Assembly: GCA_032128875.1 (NCBI GenBank)
Contig: JAVLKG010000006.1
Span: 64,001-128,000, forward strand
DNA: 64,000 bases
Source: Candidatus Melainabacteria bacterium 17Bon1m
Lineage (GTDB): Bacteria; Cyanobacteriota; Vampirovibrionia; Obscuribacterales; Obscuribacteraceae
Direction of reading: 5' to 3'
Positions 48,374 to 57,551 of the stretch are shown in pieces. The position numbers and the translations under genes were made by a program. The first letter of the stretch is position 1. Each line of letters opens with the position of its first letter. Under the pieces are notes generated by a model. It made no database searches. It had not been told where the DNA came from and saw only the letters and a list, made by a program, of their open reading frames with translations.

Positions 48374-48930
48374 TTGTACTAATCCCCGATCTGATTTTAT
48401 AGATTGAACAAGGGCATTTGCCATCGAGCGTAGTCTCAAATTCGTTGCTAACGATTTAAGCCGTAATCGGCTCGGGCAGTGAAATTTGATGGATATCAGA
48501 AGATATCAAACCATGTGAACATAGCAACGCTAGTACCAAACCGCGATCAATTGCGGAAAGTAAACTGGAAACATCCCTAAGATTAAGGATGTCTCATTAT
48601 GCGCTTTTAATAATCGGAAGTCAAGCCTGGTGCCCGATTCAGTGGGGAAAACACGATTTTGGGCTAATCGACAGAGCCTGTTTGCTGTTTACAGAAGGCT
48701 ATATGCAAGGGATATGAAACTGAAATGCAGAAAAACGTTGTACTTGGCGTGAAAGGCGCCAAACATTAGGCGCTGGATAGGCTTAAGTATTAGCAGTACC
48801 TTATCAAAACAATTATATTTTGCTAATAGTTTGCCTTAAAGCCTACGGTATGGGTACATACGAAAAAGAGGCGTTATTTTAATAACGAAATCTGCCACTG
48901 ACGCCCCATTTGACCGAACGGAGTAGCGCG

Positions 48931-49392
48931 ATGAAATACCGTGCAAGAGGACGGAAGTCCAGCGGACATGAGTTTGCGGAATTTGCTCCTGCACTGTTCA
49001 TTTTGCTCGTCTGCATCGTTCCTCCTATGTTGGATTTGCTCTACCTCGGTATTGCTTACGCATCTGGTTGGTACCTCAACCATTTGGAAACTCGAGAAGC
49101 AGCTTGTGCACCACCCAGCCGAGTTAGTGATGCGCTCGCCCGGGCACGAATTGCATGGGAAGCCAGCACTCTGGCAAAATTCACAAAGGGGCGTGAAGTC
49201 TCAGCCGTGCCGAACCCCAAAGACGTGAATCCCACCGATAATTTTTCTCCGGATACGATCCAGGTCACCACCCAAGTTCAAGTCGCACCATTCTTGCAAA
49301 TCCCATTCATGGGAAGCATTCCGGGAATCGGCGCTCCGATTATCTTCAGTTTTACATCGGAAAGAACCCAGGAAGAACGCGGCATCAACTAA
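48931..49392 (+). CDS. TadE-like pseudopilin
   Basis: RKSSG-HEFAEFAPALFILLV (G-x4-EF), REAA, TIQVTTQVQVAPF. GGAG SD. Confidence 0.72.
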   Translation: MKYRARGRKSSGHEFAEFAPALFILLVCIVPPMLDLLYLGIAYASGWYLNHLETREAACAPPSRVSDALARARIAWEASTLAKFTKGREVSAVPNPKDVNPTDNFSPDTIQVTTQVQVAPFLQIPFMGSIPGIGAPIIFSFTSERTQEERGIN

Positions 49393-49434
49393 TATTCGAT
49401 GACACATACGCACCCCACGGAGGGGGACGCAGCA

Positions 49435-49836
49435 ATGAAAACATCAGCCAGACGGAAAAGAGGAACAAGTATTGTCGAGACTGCGGCAGGACTTTTCATC
49501 ATCATCCCCATAGTTCTCTTCCTGTTCGACGTGGCTGCTTGTGTCCTTGCACAGACGGCGAATGACTCAATGTGTAAGAGTGCCGCCAGAGCAGCTGCCG
49601 AAACCGATGATCCAGGCAAAGCACAGGCTGCGGCTCAGTCTGCCATAGACAACTTTCCTGCTGCCGGATACATCAAGTCAAAACGCCTGGCCAAGCCGGT
49701 TGCTTATGACCCGAATTCTTCAGTAACTGTAGTCACCGAGATTGTCTGTCAATTCCCGGTTCCGATTCCCTTCGGCGGGCCAGACAAGATGAATTTCGTG
49801 ACCGATATGACTGAGCCAGTCGTCGGAAAACTCTAA
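49435..49836 (+). CDS. TadE-like pseudopilin
   Basis: RRKRG-TSIVETAAGLFIIIPIVLFLFD, SAARAAA, VTVVTEI. GGAGG SD. Confidence 0.8.
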   Translation: MKTSARRKRGTSIVETAAGLFIIIPIVLFLFDVAACVLAQTANDSMCKSAARAAAETDDPGKAQAAAQSAIDNFPAAGYIKSKRLAKPVAYDPNSSVTVVTEIVCQFPVPIPFGGPDKMNFVTDMTEPVVGKL

Positions 49837-49943
49837 TCGAGTTTCAATCACCGCGCAATTCGCTTCGGCCTTGGCTCGGCTTCTGCTTCTGCTTCGGCTT
49901 CGAGTCCCTCATCCGGCGCGTTTATAGCTCTGTATTCTATTGG

Positions 49944-50429
49944 CTATCCGTCGCTGGCATTTTTGGCGGAAGTTTTTCGAATTCCATATAAAGGTATGAG
50001 AATGGACGGTACTTTGCTGATGGCATTGTCTATCTGCTGCTCGACTCTCACATCTTTGTCTTGAGCCAGCACTGTTTCCAGAAGCTTGTTCTTGGATACT
50101 TTGCTCGAGTCATAGACAATTACGCCACCATACGGCTTTCTGAGCATTACAGCTACTTTGACTACGCCGGGCAGTGTCTTCATCGTGCGCTGAATTTTCA
50201 TCAGGCACACGGCGCAGCTTTTGCCTACCACTCTAAAATCCAGACGCCTTAAGGCTTTAGCATTGTAAGAAGCGGGTTTTGCGGCTTCGCTTGTCTGAAT
50301 CATGGCAGGCTTGCCGGGCTTTGTCTCCGGTTTTGATGTGTTTTCAGCCTGTGCCGATGACCCGATTGCAAGAGCTAAACCAGCTATGACTACTGCACTT
50401 GCAGTGAAGCGCGAACTTCTTGATGACAC
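49944..50429 (-). CDS. Exported heavy-metal-associated (HMA, CxxC) domain protein
   Basis: Signal peptide; FRVVGKSCAVC..KI...MK.LPGV; vertical 'VIVYDSSKVS' HMA tail motif. Confidence 0.78.
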   Translation of the reverse strand: MSSRSSRFTASAVVIAGLALAIGSSAQAENTSKPETKPGKPAMIQTSEAAKPASYNAKALRRLDFRVVGKSCAVCLMKIQRTMKTLPGVVKVAVMLRKPYGGVIVYDSSKVSKNKLLETVLAQDKDVRVEQQIDNAISKVPSILIPLYGIRKTSAKNASDG

Positions 50430-50661
50430 GTGACACCCTCCACAAAGAACCGCACTAACGACCTACCCGTGATTTTCCAGTTTATCTCATTGCCTGATTC
50501 TTGGTCGTGCCTCACAGCCAGTCTGCCATGCACTGTATGTAGTGGCGAAGAGCGGGCGCCTGATTAGGGATTTGCCTCCTTTATTTTGGTTAAGAATTGC
50601 AGTAAGAAGAGCGTCTAGCGTATATCCTCTGTGCATATCGGCTCGCAAAGAGGTGTTGCCC

Positions 50662-52083
50662 ATGGGCAGTAGCGCTCCCGCATCTGATTCGGCTTTCGTC
50701 GGACGCAAGGTTTTGACAGAAGAAGGTTTCAAGGAAGCAGCCATTCTCGTCAAAGATGGGGTTATTCAAGCAGTCGTTGCAGTTTCCGATGTACCTCAAG
50801 GAGTGCCGGTTGAAGACGCCGGCGACCTGGTTGTCATTCCGGGGCTTGTCGACTGCCATGTTCATGTCAACGAACCCGGACGTACTGAGTGGGAAGGATT
50901 TGTCACAGCTACCAGGGCCGCCGCGGCCGGAGGCGTCACCACGATTGTCGATATGCCGCTCAATTGCATTCCTGTGACCACGACACTGGATGCACTGAAA
51001 GAAAAACTTGCTGCCATTGAAGGACTGCTGAATGTCGATTGCGCCTTCTGGGGTGGTGTGGTGCCGGGCAATCATGCAGAACTGGAAAAGATGGTGGCAC
51101 ATGGAGTTGTTGGTTTCAAATGCTTCCTGATACATTCTGGAATCGATGACTTTCCCAATGCGACCGAATTTGATTTGCGCAAAGCGATGCCAGTGTTGGC
51201 GCGTTTGGGTGTTCCACTTCTGGTGCATGCCGAAATGGAATGCTCGCACGTCGATGAAAGTCAGGATCAGCCCGGCGAATGGTTGAAGGCAGAACCTAGA
51301 TCGTATGCGGCTTTTCTCGAATCGCGTCCACGCCGCTGGGAGAACGAGGCGGTCAAACTCGTTTCCCTTCTCTGCGAAGAATTCAAATGCCGCACTCACA
51401 TCGTTCATTTATCTTCGTCAGACGCGCTCTCCATTGTCAAAGAAGCGAAGGGCAAACAACTTCCCTTCACTGCAGAGACATGCCCGCACTATCTGACTTT
51501 TGCCTCGGAAGATATTCCTGATGGTGACACGCGTTTCAAGTGCGCGCCACCAATTCGCGAGAGGGAAAATTCTGAAAAACTTTGGCAAGCGCTCAAGGAT
51601 GGCACGATTGATTTCGTAGTGTCGGACCATTCACCTTGCACGCCGGAACTAAAACTCATGAAAGAAGGAGACTTCGATAAAGCCTGGGGCGGCATTGCCT
51701 CGCTGCAATTTGGTCTGCCTGCGGTTTGGACCTTTGCCAAACAGAAGGGGCACAAACTGGAAGAAGTCGTCACCTGGATGTCTGAGAAAACTGCAAAATT
51801 CGCCGGGCTATATGGCGCTAAGGGCAAGATTGCGCCAGGATTTGACGCAGACATCGTCATGCTGGATCCGGAAGAAACTTTTGTTGTTGAGAAGAAAAAC
51901 GTTCAGCATAAGCATAAGGAAACACCGCATGAAGGGCGCAAATTCAGTGGTGTCGTGAAGCGCACTTATGTTCGCGGAACCAAGATTTACGATCAAGGCA
52001 ATTTCATCAAAGAAGGTCACGGCAAGAAAATCCTGAGCGGACGGCTGGATAGGCAAGAAGCGGTCGCAGGCAATTCCAGGTAA
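50662..52083 (+). CDS. allB: Allantoinase
   Basis: PGLVDCHVHVNEPGRTEWEGF.TATRAAAAGG.TTIVDMPLN, ETCPHYL, FKCAPPIR, SDHSPC, AWGGI.SLQ. Start set at ATG 50662 after SD GAGGTG. Confidence 0.94.
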   Translation: MGSSAPASDSAFVGRKVLTEEGFKEAAILVKDGVIQAVVAVSDVPQGVPVEDAGDLVVIPGLVDCHVHVNEPGRTEWEGFVTATRAAAAGGVTTIVDMPLNCIPVTTTLDALKEKLAAIEGLLNVDCAFWGGVVPGNHAELEKMVAHGVVGFKCFLIHSGIDDFPNATEFDLRKAMPVLARLGVPLLVHAEMECSHVDESQDQPGEWLKAEPRSYAAFLESRPRRWENEAVKLVSLLCEEFKCRTHIVHLSSSDALSIVKEAKGKQLPFTAETCPHYLTFASEDIPDGDTRFKCAPPIRERENSEKLWQALKDGTIDFVVSDHSPCTPELKLMKEGDFDKAWGGIASLQFGLPAVWTFAKQKGHKLEEVVTWMSEKTAKFAGLYGAKGKIAPGFDADIVMLDPEETFVVEKKNVQHKHKETPHEGRKFSGVVKRTYVRGTKIYDQGNFIKEGHGKKILSGRLDRQEAVAGNSR

Positions 52084-52089
52084 GCAGCA

Positions 52090-52614
52090 ATGACAGTAGA
52101 CGCCAATTCCAAGCTGGAGACATTGAATAGAAAGTCCGCAAGCGAGGCTGCCGAAGATCTGAAAAGATGCTGCGGTTCGCGCGTTTGGGTAGAAAAGATG
52201 CTCAGCCAGCGCCCTTTTCAATCTGTAGATGAAATATTCTCCGCAGCCGATGACATTTGGTTTAAACTTGCTCCCGAAGATTGGCTGGAAGCCTTTGCAC
52301 ATCATCCGAGAATCGGCGGCAATGTTGAAGCGCTGAGAGCTAAATTCGCCTCCACTGCAAGCTGGGCAGAGAACGAGCAGAAGGGAGTATCGCAAGCAAC
52401 TGAAGATGTTTTGCATGCTCTTTCAAAACTCAACGACGACTATTTTGAAAAGTACGGATACATCTTTATCGTTTGTGCCACAGGAAAATCCGCCCAAGAG
52501 ATGCTCGATATCTTGAAGTCCAGATTGCCCAATGACAAAGACAATGAGTTGAAAGTGGCTGCCGGTGAACAAGCGAAAATCACAAAAATTAGACTGGAAA
52601 AATTGATTTCATGA
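52090..52614 (+). CDS. uraD: OHCU decarboxylase
   Basis: CCGS..WV, EAFAHHPRIG, EQ.GV, Y..KYGYIFIVCATGKS, EQAKIT.IRLEKL. Confidence 0.93.
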   Translation: MTVDANSKLETLNRKSASEAAEDLKRCCGSRVWVEKMLSQRPFQSVDEIFSAADDIWFKLAPEDWLEAFAHHPRIGGNVEALRAKFASTASWAENEQKGVSQATEDVLHALSKLNDDYFEKYGYIFIVCATGKSAQEMLDILKSRLPNDKDNELKVAAGEQAKITKIRLEKLIS

Positions 52615-52952
52615 GCAAAATAACCTCACATGTCCTCGATGCATCGCGCGGAAAACCAGCTCAGGGCGTCCCTCTGGTTTTGGAGCGAAACACTGATGGA
52701 AAGTGGGTAGAGCTTTCCAAAGCATCGACAAATTCCGACGGGCGCGCGCCCGATTTGTGGACAGAAGAAATGAAATTAGAGACTGGCATTTATCGACTGA
52801 CATTCGATACCAAAAATTATTTTGACTCGATTGGCGTGAAAGGCTTCTACCCGCATGTTCCGATTGTGTTTGAGATTCACGATGCAACACAGCACTATCA
52901 TGTGCCGCTATTGATAAGTCCATTCAGTTATTCGACATACAGAGGCAGTTAG
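52611..52952 (+). CDS. uraH: 5-hydroxyisourate hydrolase (transthyretin-like)
   Basis: HVLDASRGKPA, TNSDGR, HYHVPLLISPFSYSTYRGS. Confidence 0.96.
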   Translation: MSKITSHVLDASRGKPAQGVPLVLERNTDGKWVELSKASTNSDGRAPDLWTEEMKLETGIYRLTFDTKNYFDSIGVKGFYPHVPIVFEIHDATQHYHVPLLISPFSYSTYRGS

Positions 52953-52976
52953 GCAAGGCAATAAGGAGATAAGGAC

Positions 52977-54431
52977 ATGAAAACTTCCCTAAACTCAGGG
53001 AACATCGGCGAAGTCTTCAGCAAGCTGGCAATCGCAAACAGAGAGTTTAACGCTCAGCATCCAGGTGATTCCGGTGCAAGGCAAGCAGTCCACACCGTAT
53101 ATGGTGGCGCTCACTTGTTTAAATCAGACTCCGCAAAAAAGCTCGGTGTCCTTGCTCTGCGCTCGTTAGATGAATACGCGCCTAACTTCGTTGTTTTTGC
53201 CAAAGCGCTTCAATTGGAAGGGTGGGAACAACTTCCCGAAAATGAAGAGAAGATTTTGAAATTGGAGCCTGTCCTCACTGAGAATCCGGAAGGCGTTAGG
53301 AAAGAACGCCACCCAGCCTGGCTCGCACACACTGTTTATAGTCGCGTCAGAGAAAAACTCGAGCGCGAAGCCGTCGAAGATTTCCGCATCGATTTCGAAG
53401 ACGGATATGGCAATAGACCAGATTCCGAAGAAGATATGCACACAGAACTGGCGGCGCAGGAAGTAGCCAAAGGCATGAAAGATGGCACTCTTTCGCCATT
53501 CATCGGTATTCGCATCAAGCCATTTACGGAAGAACTTCGCGACAGAAGTGCACGTACCCTCGATATTTTTCTTACAACATTGCTTGCCGAGACTGGCAAC
53601 AAACTGCCTGACAATTTTGTCGTCACCCTGCCTAAAGTGACAATCACTGAGCAAGTCACCGCCGCAATGGATTTGCTGGCTCTGATTGAAAAGAAAGTGG
53701 GCTTGCCCCATAACACAATCAAAATTGAACTGATGGTGGAGACGCCTCAATCAATCATCAATGCCAAAGGGCAGTGCGCACTTCCTGAGTTTGTCAGAGC
53801 TGGAGAGGGTCGCTGCATCGGATGCCACTTCGGTGTGTATGATTACACGGCGTCTTCCAACATCACCGCTGCATATCAATCGATGGATCATCCATCCTGC
53901 GATTTTGCTCGCGAAATGATGCGTGTTTCGTTGGCTGGAACAGGCTTGTGGCTTTCAGACGGTGCAACCAATGTGATGCCCGTCGGGCCGAACCGTCCGG
54001 ATGAAAACGGCAACCTGACAGAAGCCCAACGGCGCGAAAATATAGAGACTGTCCATCGCGCCTGGAAACTTGGATTCGACCATGTCAGACATTCGCTCAA
54101 ACACGCATATTATCAGGGCTGGGACTTGCATCCGGCTCAGCTTCCTGTGCGTTATGCTGCATGTTATTCCTTCTTTTTGGAAGGTCTCGAGCCGGCCAGT
54201 CTGCGCTTGAGAAGTTTTATAGAAAAGGCTGCCCAAGCCACTCTTGTCGGTGATGTCTTTGATGACGCTGCAACTGGGCAAGGTTTGCTCAACTACTTTT
54301 TGCGTGCCATCAACTGTGGTGCTGTCTCAAAAGAAGAAGTCAAAGCGACTGGACTGACCCTGGAAGAAATCTCGACTCGCTCCTTCCTCAGAATTTTGGA
54401 AGGCAGAAGAGAAAAAGTGCTCGCCAAATAG
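52977..54431 (+). CDS. Uncharacterised HpcH/HpaI aldolase / CitE / malate-synthase-like TIM-barrel enzyme (DUF6986-like)
   Basis: RQAVHTVYGGA, EDFRIDFEDGYG, TLPKV, ELMVETP, HFGVYDY, LSDGATN, QGWDLHPAQL. SD AAGGAG. Confidence 0.78.
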   Translation: MKTSLNSGNIGEVFSKLAIANREFNAQHPGDSGARQAVHTVYGGAHLFKSDSAKKLGVLALRSLDEYAPNFVVFAKALQLEGWEQLPENEEKILKLEPVLTENPEGVRKERHPAWLAHTVYSRVREKLEREAVEDFRIDFEDGYGNRPDSEEDMHTELAAQEVAKGMKDGTLSPFIGIRIKPFTEELRDRSARTLDIFLTTLLAETGNKLPDNFVVTLPKVTITEQVTAAMDLLALIEKKVGLPHNTIKIELMVETPQSIINAKGQCALPEFVRAGEGRCIGCHFGVYDYTASSNITAAYQSMDHPSCDFAREMMRVSLAGTGLWLSDGATNVMPVGPNRPDENGNLTEAQRRENIETVHRAWKLGFDHVRHSLKHAYYQGWDLHPAQLPVRYAACYSFFLEGLEPASLRLRSFIEKAAQATLVGDVFDDAATGQGLLNYFLRAINCGAVSKEEVKATGLTLEEISTRSFLRILEGRREKVLAK

Positions 54432-54591
54432 GCGAATTTAAAACTAGTCACGAGTGAGCTTTATTAGTGGCCCCCGTCGCCGCTGATACGTTGTCATTTT
54501 AAGAAAAACAGCGAATAATTTTCGGATTTCGAGGCCATTTAGAGTCATAAGCTAACGACGTGGTGGTACAAAGTACTAGGTTTGTCGCCGT

Positions 54592-56268
54592 TTGGTATTG
54601 ACATTGCATAAGTCATCTTGGACGCCTCTAAAAGTTGCGTCCGTGGTCAATCCTACTGAAGTTGACCTGGACCGGGTCCTGAATCTCGCGCGCCAAAACC
54701 TTGGCCGCCCGGTGGAATTGCCTTTCGGGACCGGCAAAGGTTATTTGCTTACTGCGATCACACCGCCGGACCCGTCCGGCATGAACCGTGTCAGCTACAT
54801 AGAGTGGACCCTTATTGACGTCGAGAATTCCCATTTGCCGCCCCTCTGGTCTCACCGGACCACAGACCTGGCGGTACTTCTAGGCATGATTCACCTGGAG
54901 ATTTCCAAGAATTCCTCAGCCGGCATCCCTGCCCAGCCTGCTGCCGGCGCAACTCTGATGACCACCCAGGAAATGCAGCCTGGCGGCTTTCTTCAGCAGA
55001 TCAACTCAAGCCCCAGCCTGCCTATGCAGCCACTGCAGCCCCACAATTCAATGCAACCAATGCACGGCGGAGGGATGCCTGATACGGGCAATGCGGCGAG
55101 CGGAACCTATGCGACTTTTGGAGTTAATCTTTCCGGGGAGCTGGAAGACATCGATCTGTTCGGTGTATTGCAGTCGGTTTCTATCTGCAAAATGACTGGC
55201 AGGCTGGAAATAGTTGAAGGCATGCGTCAGATAGAACTTTTCTTTGAAGAAGGCACGCCTGTCCATGCGACAAAAGAAGATGCACTTCTTGTCGAAGGGC
55301 AGAGTGCGCATAAAGGCTATGACGTAGTGCTCGAGTCTCTTCTCTGGAAGAAAGGCAAATTCGCTTTTGCATCGAAAATTGTTGCCAAAGAGAAGACCGT
55401 AACTAAGCGAATGGACGCACTTCTGGTCGAAGCTGCCGCGTTGCGCGATCAAAAACAAGAGTTGGAAAAGCGTGGATTCGATGATGACGCGCCAATATAC
55501 AAGACCAACCCCGGCATGAGCGAGCAAGAGTTTGAATCTCTTGCGCGCGCTGGCGGTGTGCCCGCTGATTTGAACGTGCAGAAAACCATCTACAGTCAGA
55601 TGAAGCCTGGCGAAACCATGCACGATTTTCTTGTGCGCATGCCAATGCCGATGGGCGTGTGGCTGCCTGCTGTTTTCAATATGACCATGCAAAATATCAT
55701 CGCTCCGAAAGGAAAGACAGGGCAGCCTGTTTTTCAGAGCACGGGCGCGATCGACTTTTCTATCATCGATAACGCTTTCCTCGAAATCCTGCGTCCCGAG
55801 ACGGATATGCTCAGCTATCCGCTCTTTTTGTTGTTTGTGCAAAGAGAGCATAAGCGCAGCGCCCGCACGCGAACTGGCTATTCTGTAGTTATTTTTGATG
55901 TGAAGCAAAACGGTCTTTTGCCGGCCGGCAAGCACTTAAGACGCGTCGTAAAGGCCTTCAATTTGGTGAAAGGTGAACTCGATCTGGTCGGGCACTTCCA
56001 GACTCTCGAGTTCGGTTTTATCCTTCCATTTAGCAATGGTGAAAAGGCGCTTGGGCTGTGCCGCAATCTCGTCAAGACTCTGGCTGATCTGCCTGACGAA
56101 GTTGAAGAGGGCGAGGCACCTGCCGAGCCTCAAGAGCCTGAAGCGCCGCTTAAGCTGTCATTTGGCGTTGTTTCTGTTCCGGAAGATTCGACAGATCTGA
56201 CGAAAGCAATTTTGCTTGCTCAATCAAATCGGCTCAACAAAGCACAAGGTCGTTACTTCGAAGCGTAG
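54592..56268 (+). CDS. DUF4388 (PatA-N-like) domain protein with degenerate GGDEF-like C-terminus
   Basis: LSGELEDIDL..VLQSV...KMTGRLEI...LFFEEG.PVHA...W..GKFAF; C-terminal RE..RS.R....YSVVIFD...DLVGHFQTLEFGFILP...LSFGV. Start uncertain. Confidence 0.78.
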   Translation: MVLTLHKSSWTPLKVASVVNPTEVDLDRVLNLARQNLGRPVELPFGTGKGYLLTAITPPDPSGMNRVSYIEWTLIDVENSHLPPLWSHRTTDLAVLLGMIHLEISKNSSAGIPAQPAAGATLMTTQEMQPGGFLQQINSSPSLPMQPLQPHNSMQPMHGGGMPDTGNAASGTYATFGVNLSGELEDIDLFGVLQSVSICKMTGRLEIVEGMRQIELFFEEGTPVHATKEDALLVEGQSAHKGYDVVLESLLWKKGKFAFASKIVAKEKTVTKRMDALLVEAAALRDQKQELEKRGFDDDAPIYKTNPGMSEQEFESLARAGGVPADLNVQKTIYSQMKPGETMHDFLVRMPMPMGVWLPAVFNMTMQNIIAPKGKTGQPVFQSTGAIDFSIIDNAFLEILRPETDMLSYPLFLLFVQREHKRSARTRTGYSVVIFDVKQNGLLPAGKHLRRVVKAFNLVKGELDLVGHFQTLEFGFILPFSNGEKALGLCRNLVKTLADLPDEVEEGEAPAEPQEPEAPLKLSFGVVSVPEDSTDLTKAILLAQSNRLNKAQGRYFEA

Positions 56269-56276
56269 CAAATTAC

Positions 56277-56306
56277 GTAGGGCGCCTCATGCGGCTCCCT
56301 GACAGG
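56277..56306 (+). repeat. GTAG-type REP-like element, family B, copy 2
   Basis: GTAGGGCGCCTCATGCGGCTCCCTGACAGG between convergent genes. Matches the reverse complement of 15786..15815. Confidence 0.72.
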
Positions 56307-56324
56307 TAAGCGTGTGCGCTTTCC

Positions 56325-57410
56325 CTACTTGGCACATCGGTTTCGTGCCAATGCATCTTTTATAGATTGTGTATACGGCGGGCTGAGCACACCTTCTTCT
56401 GTGATGATGCCTTTTATCAAATGATTTGGAGTGACATCGAACGCCGGATTGAGCGCGTCTGCACCTTTCACTGTCACAGACTGCCCTTCGATATTTCGCA
56501 CCTCGTCTTTATTGCGAAATTCAATCGGTATCTCGGCGCCGGTTTGAATATCAGGGTCGAATGTCGATAGAGGTGCTGCAATGTAGAAAGGAATACCGTG
56601 ATGATGCGCTAAAACAGCTAAAGAGTATGTTCCTATCTTGTTTGCCGAATCACCGTTTGCCGCAATTCTGTCAGCGCCGGTGATGACCATATCTACATCG
56701 CCTTTGTTCATCAAATAGCCGGACATGTTGTCGCAGATCAAGGTTGCCGGAATGCCGTCTTGCGTTAATTCCCACATGGTCAGTTTAGAGCCTTGATTGC
56801 GCGGTCTTGTCTCATCGACAAAGACCTGCGGTTTCAAACCTTTCAAATGCGCCGATCTGATGACGCCCAGAGCTGTTCCCCATCCGCAAGTGGCCAGCGA
56901 ACCCGCATTGCAATGCGTGATGATGCGCGCTGAATTTGGAACAACGGTTTGACCGAATTCGCTGAGTTTTTTATTTCGCTCCAGATGATCTTGCAGCATG
57001 CTCTCGGCAAACTGGAATATCTTGTCGGCGAAATCTTTGCTGTTGAGCCCGTCTTTGAGTAGTTGCTGCGCGTAAAGATGAACCTCGCCTGTTGCCCATT
57101 TCAAATTGACCGCGGTCGGTCTAGTTGCATCGAGCTTCTCTTTCACTGCAGTCAATTCACTAAGTAGGGGCAGAGAATTTCGATGAAGAGTCAGATCTCT
57201 CAGGTGCGCGGCCATAGAGAGTCCAGCGGCTACTCCAATCGACGGAGCTCCTCTCACGACCATATCGACAATTGCAAAACACATCTGATCTACATCAGTG
57301 GCGTCGAAGTACTCGGTCGCGTCAGGCAATTTGCGTTGGTCAATCAGGATGATCTTGCCGTCCTTGGTGTGAACCGGCATGGTTCCTTCGTTCAATTTGA
57401 TTGCTTCCAT
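56325..57410 (-). CDS. mtnA: S-methyl-5-thioribose-1-phosphate isomerase
   Basis: IDQRKLP, MVVRGAPSIG, TRPTAVNL, THCNAGSLAT, DETRP..QG, GADRIAANGDSANKIGT, NPAFDVTP. Confidence 0.96.
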   Translation of the reverse strand: MEAIKLNEGTMPVHTKDGKIILIDQRKLPDATEYFDATDVDQMCFAIVDMVVRGAPSIGVAAGLSMAAHLRDLTLHRNSLPLLSELTAVKEKLDATRPTAVNLKWATGEVHLYAQQLLKDGLNSKDFADKIFQFAESMLQDHLERNKKLSEFGQTVVPNSARIITHCNAGSLATCGWGTALGVIRSAHLKGLKPQVFVDETRPRNQGSKLTMWELTQDGIPATLICDNMSGYLMNKGDVDMVITGADRIAANGDSANKIGTYSLAVLAHHHGIPFYIAAPLSTFDPDIQTGAEIPIEFRNKDEVRNIEGQSVTVKGADALNPAFDVTPNHLIKGIITEEGVLSPPYTQSIKDALARNRCAK

Positions 57411-57479
57411 AATCTTCGATCCTGCAAGTGTTCTTCTTGAACGCCAATAAGTGCTGCAGGCTGTGATTATCTCATGTGT

Positions 57480-57513
57480 AAGAAAGACAAAGACCGGACT
57501 TTCGCCCGGTCTT
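57480..57513 (-). terminator. Rho-independent terminator of ftsZ
   Basis: Minus strand reads AAGACCGGGC-GAAA-GTCCGGTCTT-TGTCTTTCTT: a stem with a GNRA loop followed by a U-rich tail. Confidence 0.8.
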
Positions 57514-57551
57514 CAATTCTTTTCTGCGCTAGGCGCAACTTGGGAATTCGC

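Noticed and set aside
50542-50661. 40-aa N-terminal extension of allantoinase (similar extensions on hbd, hemW, the Rieske and GNAT ORFs)
   Set aside because: Downstream ATGs have better SD sequences or start/stop coupling and match the family starts.
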